A stretch of 63,657 bases of DNA, the filler included, from Collodictyon triciliatum (Eukaryota): NCBI GenBank assembly GCA_043381765.1. It is 6 parts of 6 records of this genome, joined end to end, with 100 filler letters (N's around TTAATTAATTAA, not from the genome) between each part and the next. Parts side by side here need not be neighbours in the genome. Positions count along the whole stretch, not along the records: positions 62,112 to 63,657 come from JBHJMP010001916.1; 5 more parts are not named here. One strand, written 5' to 3'. The first letter of the stretch is position 1; the number at the start of each line of letters is the position of its first letter. Below are positions 63,375 to 63,657 of the stretch, in pieces. Position numbers and translations under genes: made by a program. The notes under the pieces were generated by a model, which was not told the origin of the DNA, searched no databases, and saw only the letters and a list, made by a program, of their open reading frames with translations.

Positions 63375-63657
63375 AGGAAAAATAAAAATAAGAATAAAAA
63401 TAAAAATAAAAATAAAAATAAAAATAAAAATAAAAATAAAAATAAAAATAAAAATAAAAATAAAAATAAAAATAAAAATAAAAATAAGAATAAAAATAAG
63501 AATAAAAATAAGAATAAAAATAAGAATAAAAATAAGAATAAAAATAAGAATAAAAATAAGAATAAAAATAAGAATAAAAATAAGAATAAAAATAAGAATA
63601 AAAATAAGAATAAAAATAAGAATAAAAATAAGAATAAAAATAAGAATAAAAATAAGA
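63375..63657. repeat. (AAAATA)n switching to (AAAATAAGAATA)n
   Basis: Direct reading. Confidence 0.95.

Overview
AT-rich, intron-dense eukaryotic scaffold, most plausibly a protist (cAMP-receptor-like GPCR, small RPEL protein, many microsatellites). It is broken by N-gaps carrying an artificial TTAATTAATTAA spacer. Conserved genes: GNAT acetyltransferase (3' part), HMG-box protein, CNOT10, a large helical protein possibly resembling the senataxin N-terminus, R2R3-Myb, RPEL protein, Kelch protein, tRNA-Arg(TCT), GPCR, DDX49/Dbp8 fragment and an ERMP1-like M28 peptidase C-terminus. An accessory zone (~15-45 kb) holds two convergent paralogous NLR-like NACHT genes. One has TPR repeats each on a duplicated 126-nt exon and ends in a CaaX box; the other reads CH-DUF4062-NACHT-TPR-pentapeptide-WD40-Sel1. 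The zone also contains an LRR/multi-TM pseudogene, a decayed L1/Tx1-like LINE followed by an intronless NHL-repeat ORF, a candidate structured RNA and a bacterial-type MBL-fold pseudogene. The most striking unexplained signal is a dispersed family of ~23-28 nt insertions, CTTTGAATCGAATAAAGG(G)-An. Nine copies were found by eye, most flanked by 13-18 bp target-site duplications and sharing a fixed 5' boundary, which looks like an ultra-short retroposed element. All calls come from manual reading; exon boundaries and gene ends are approximate unless stated.
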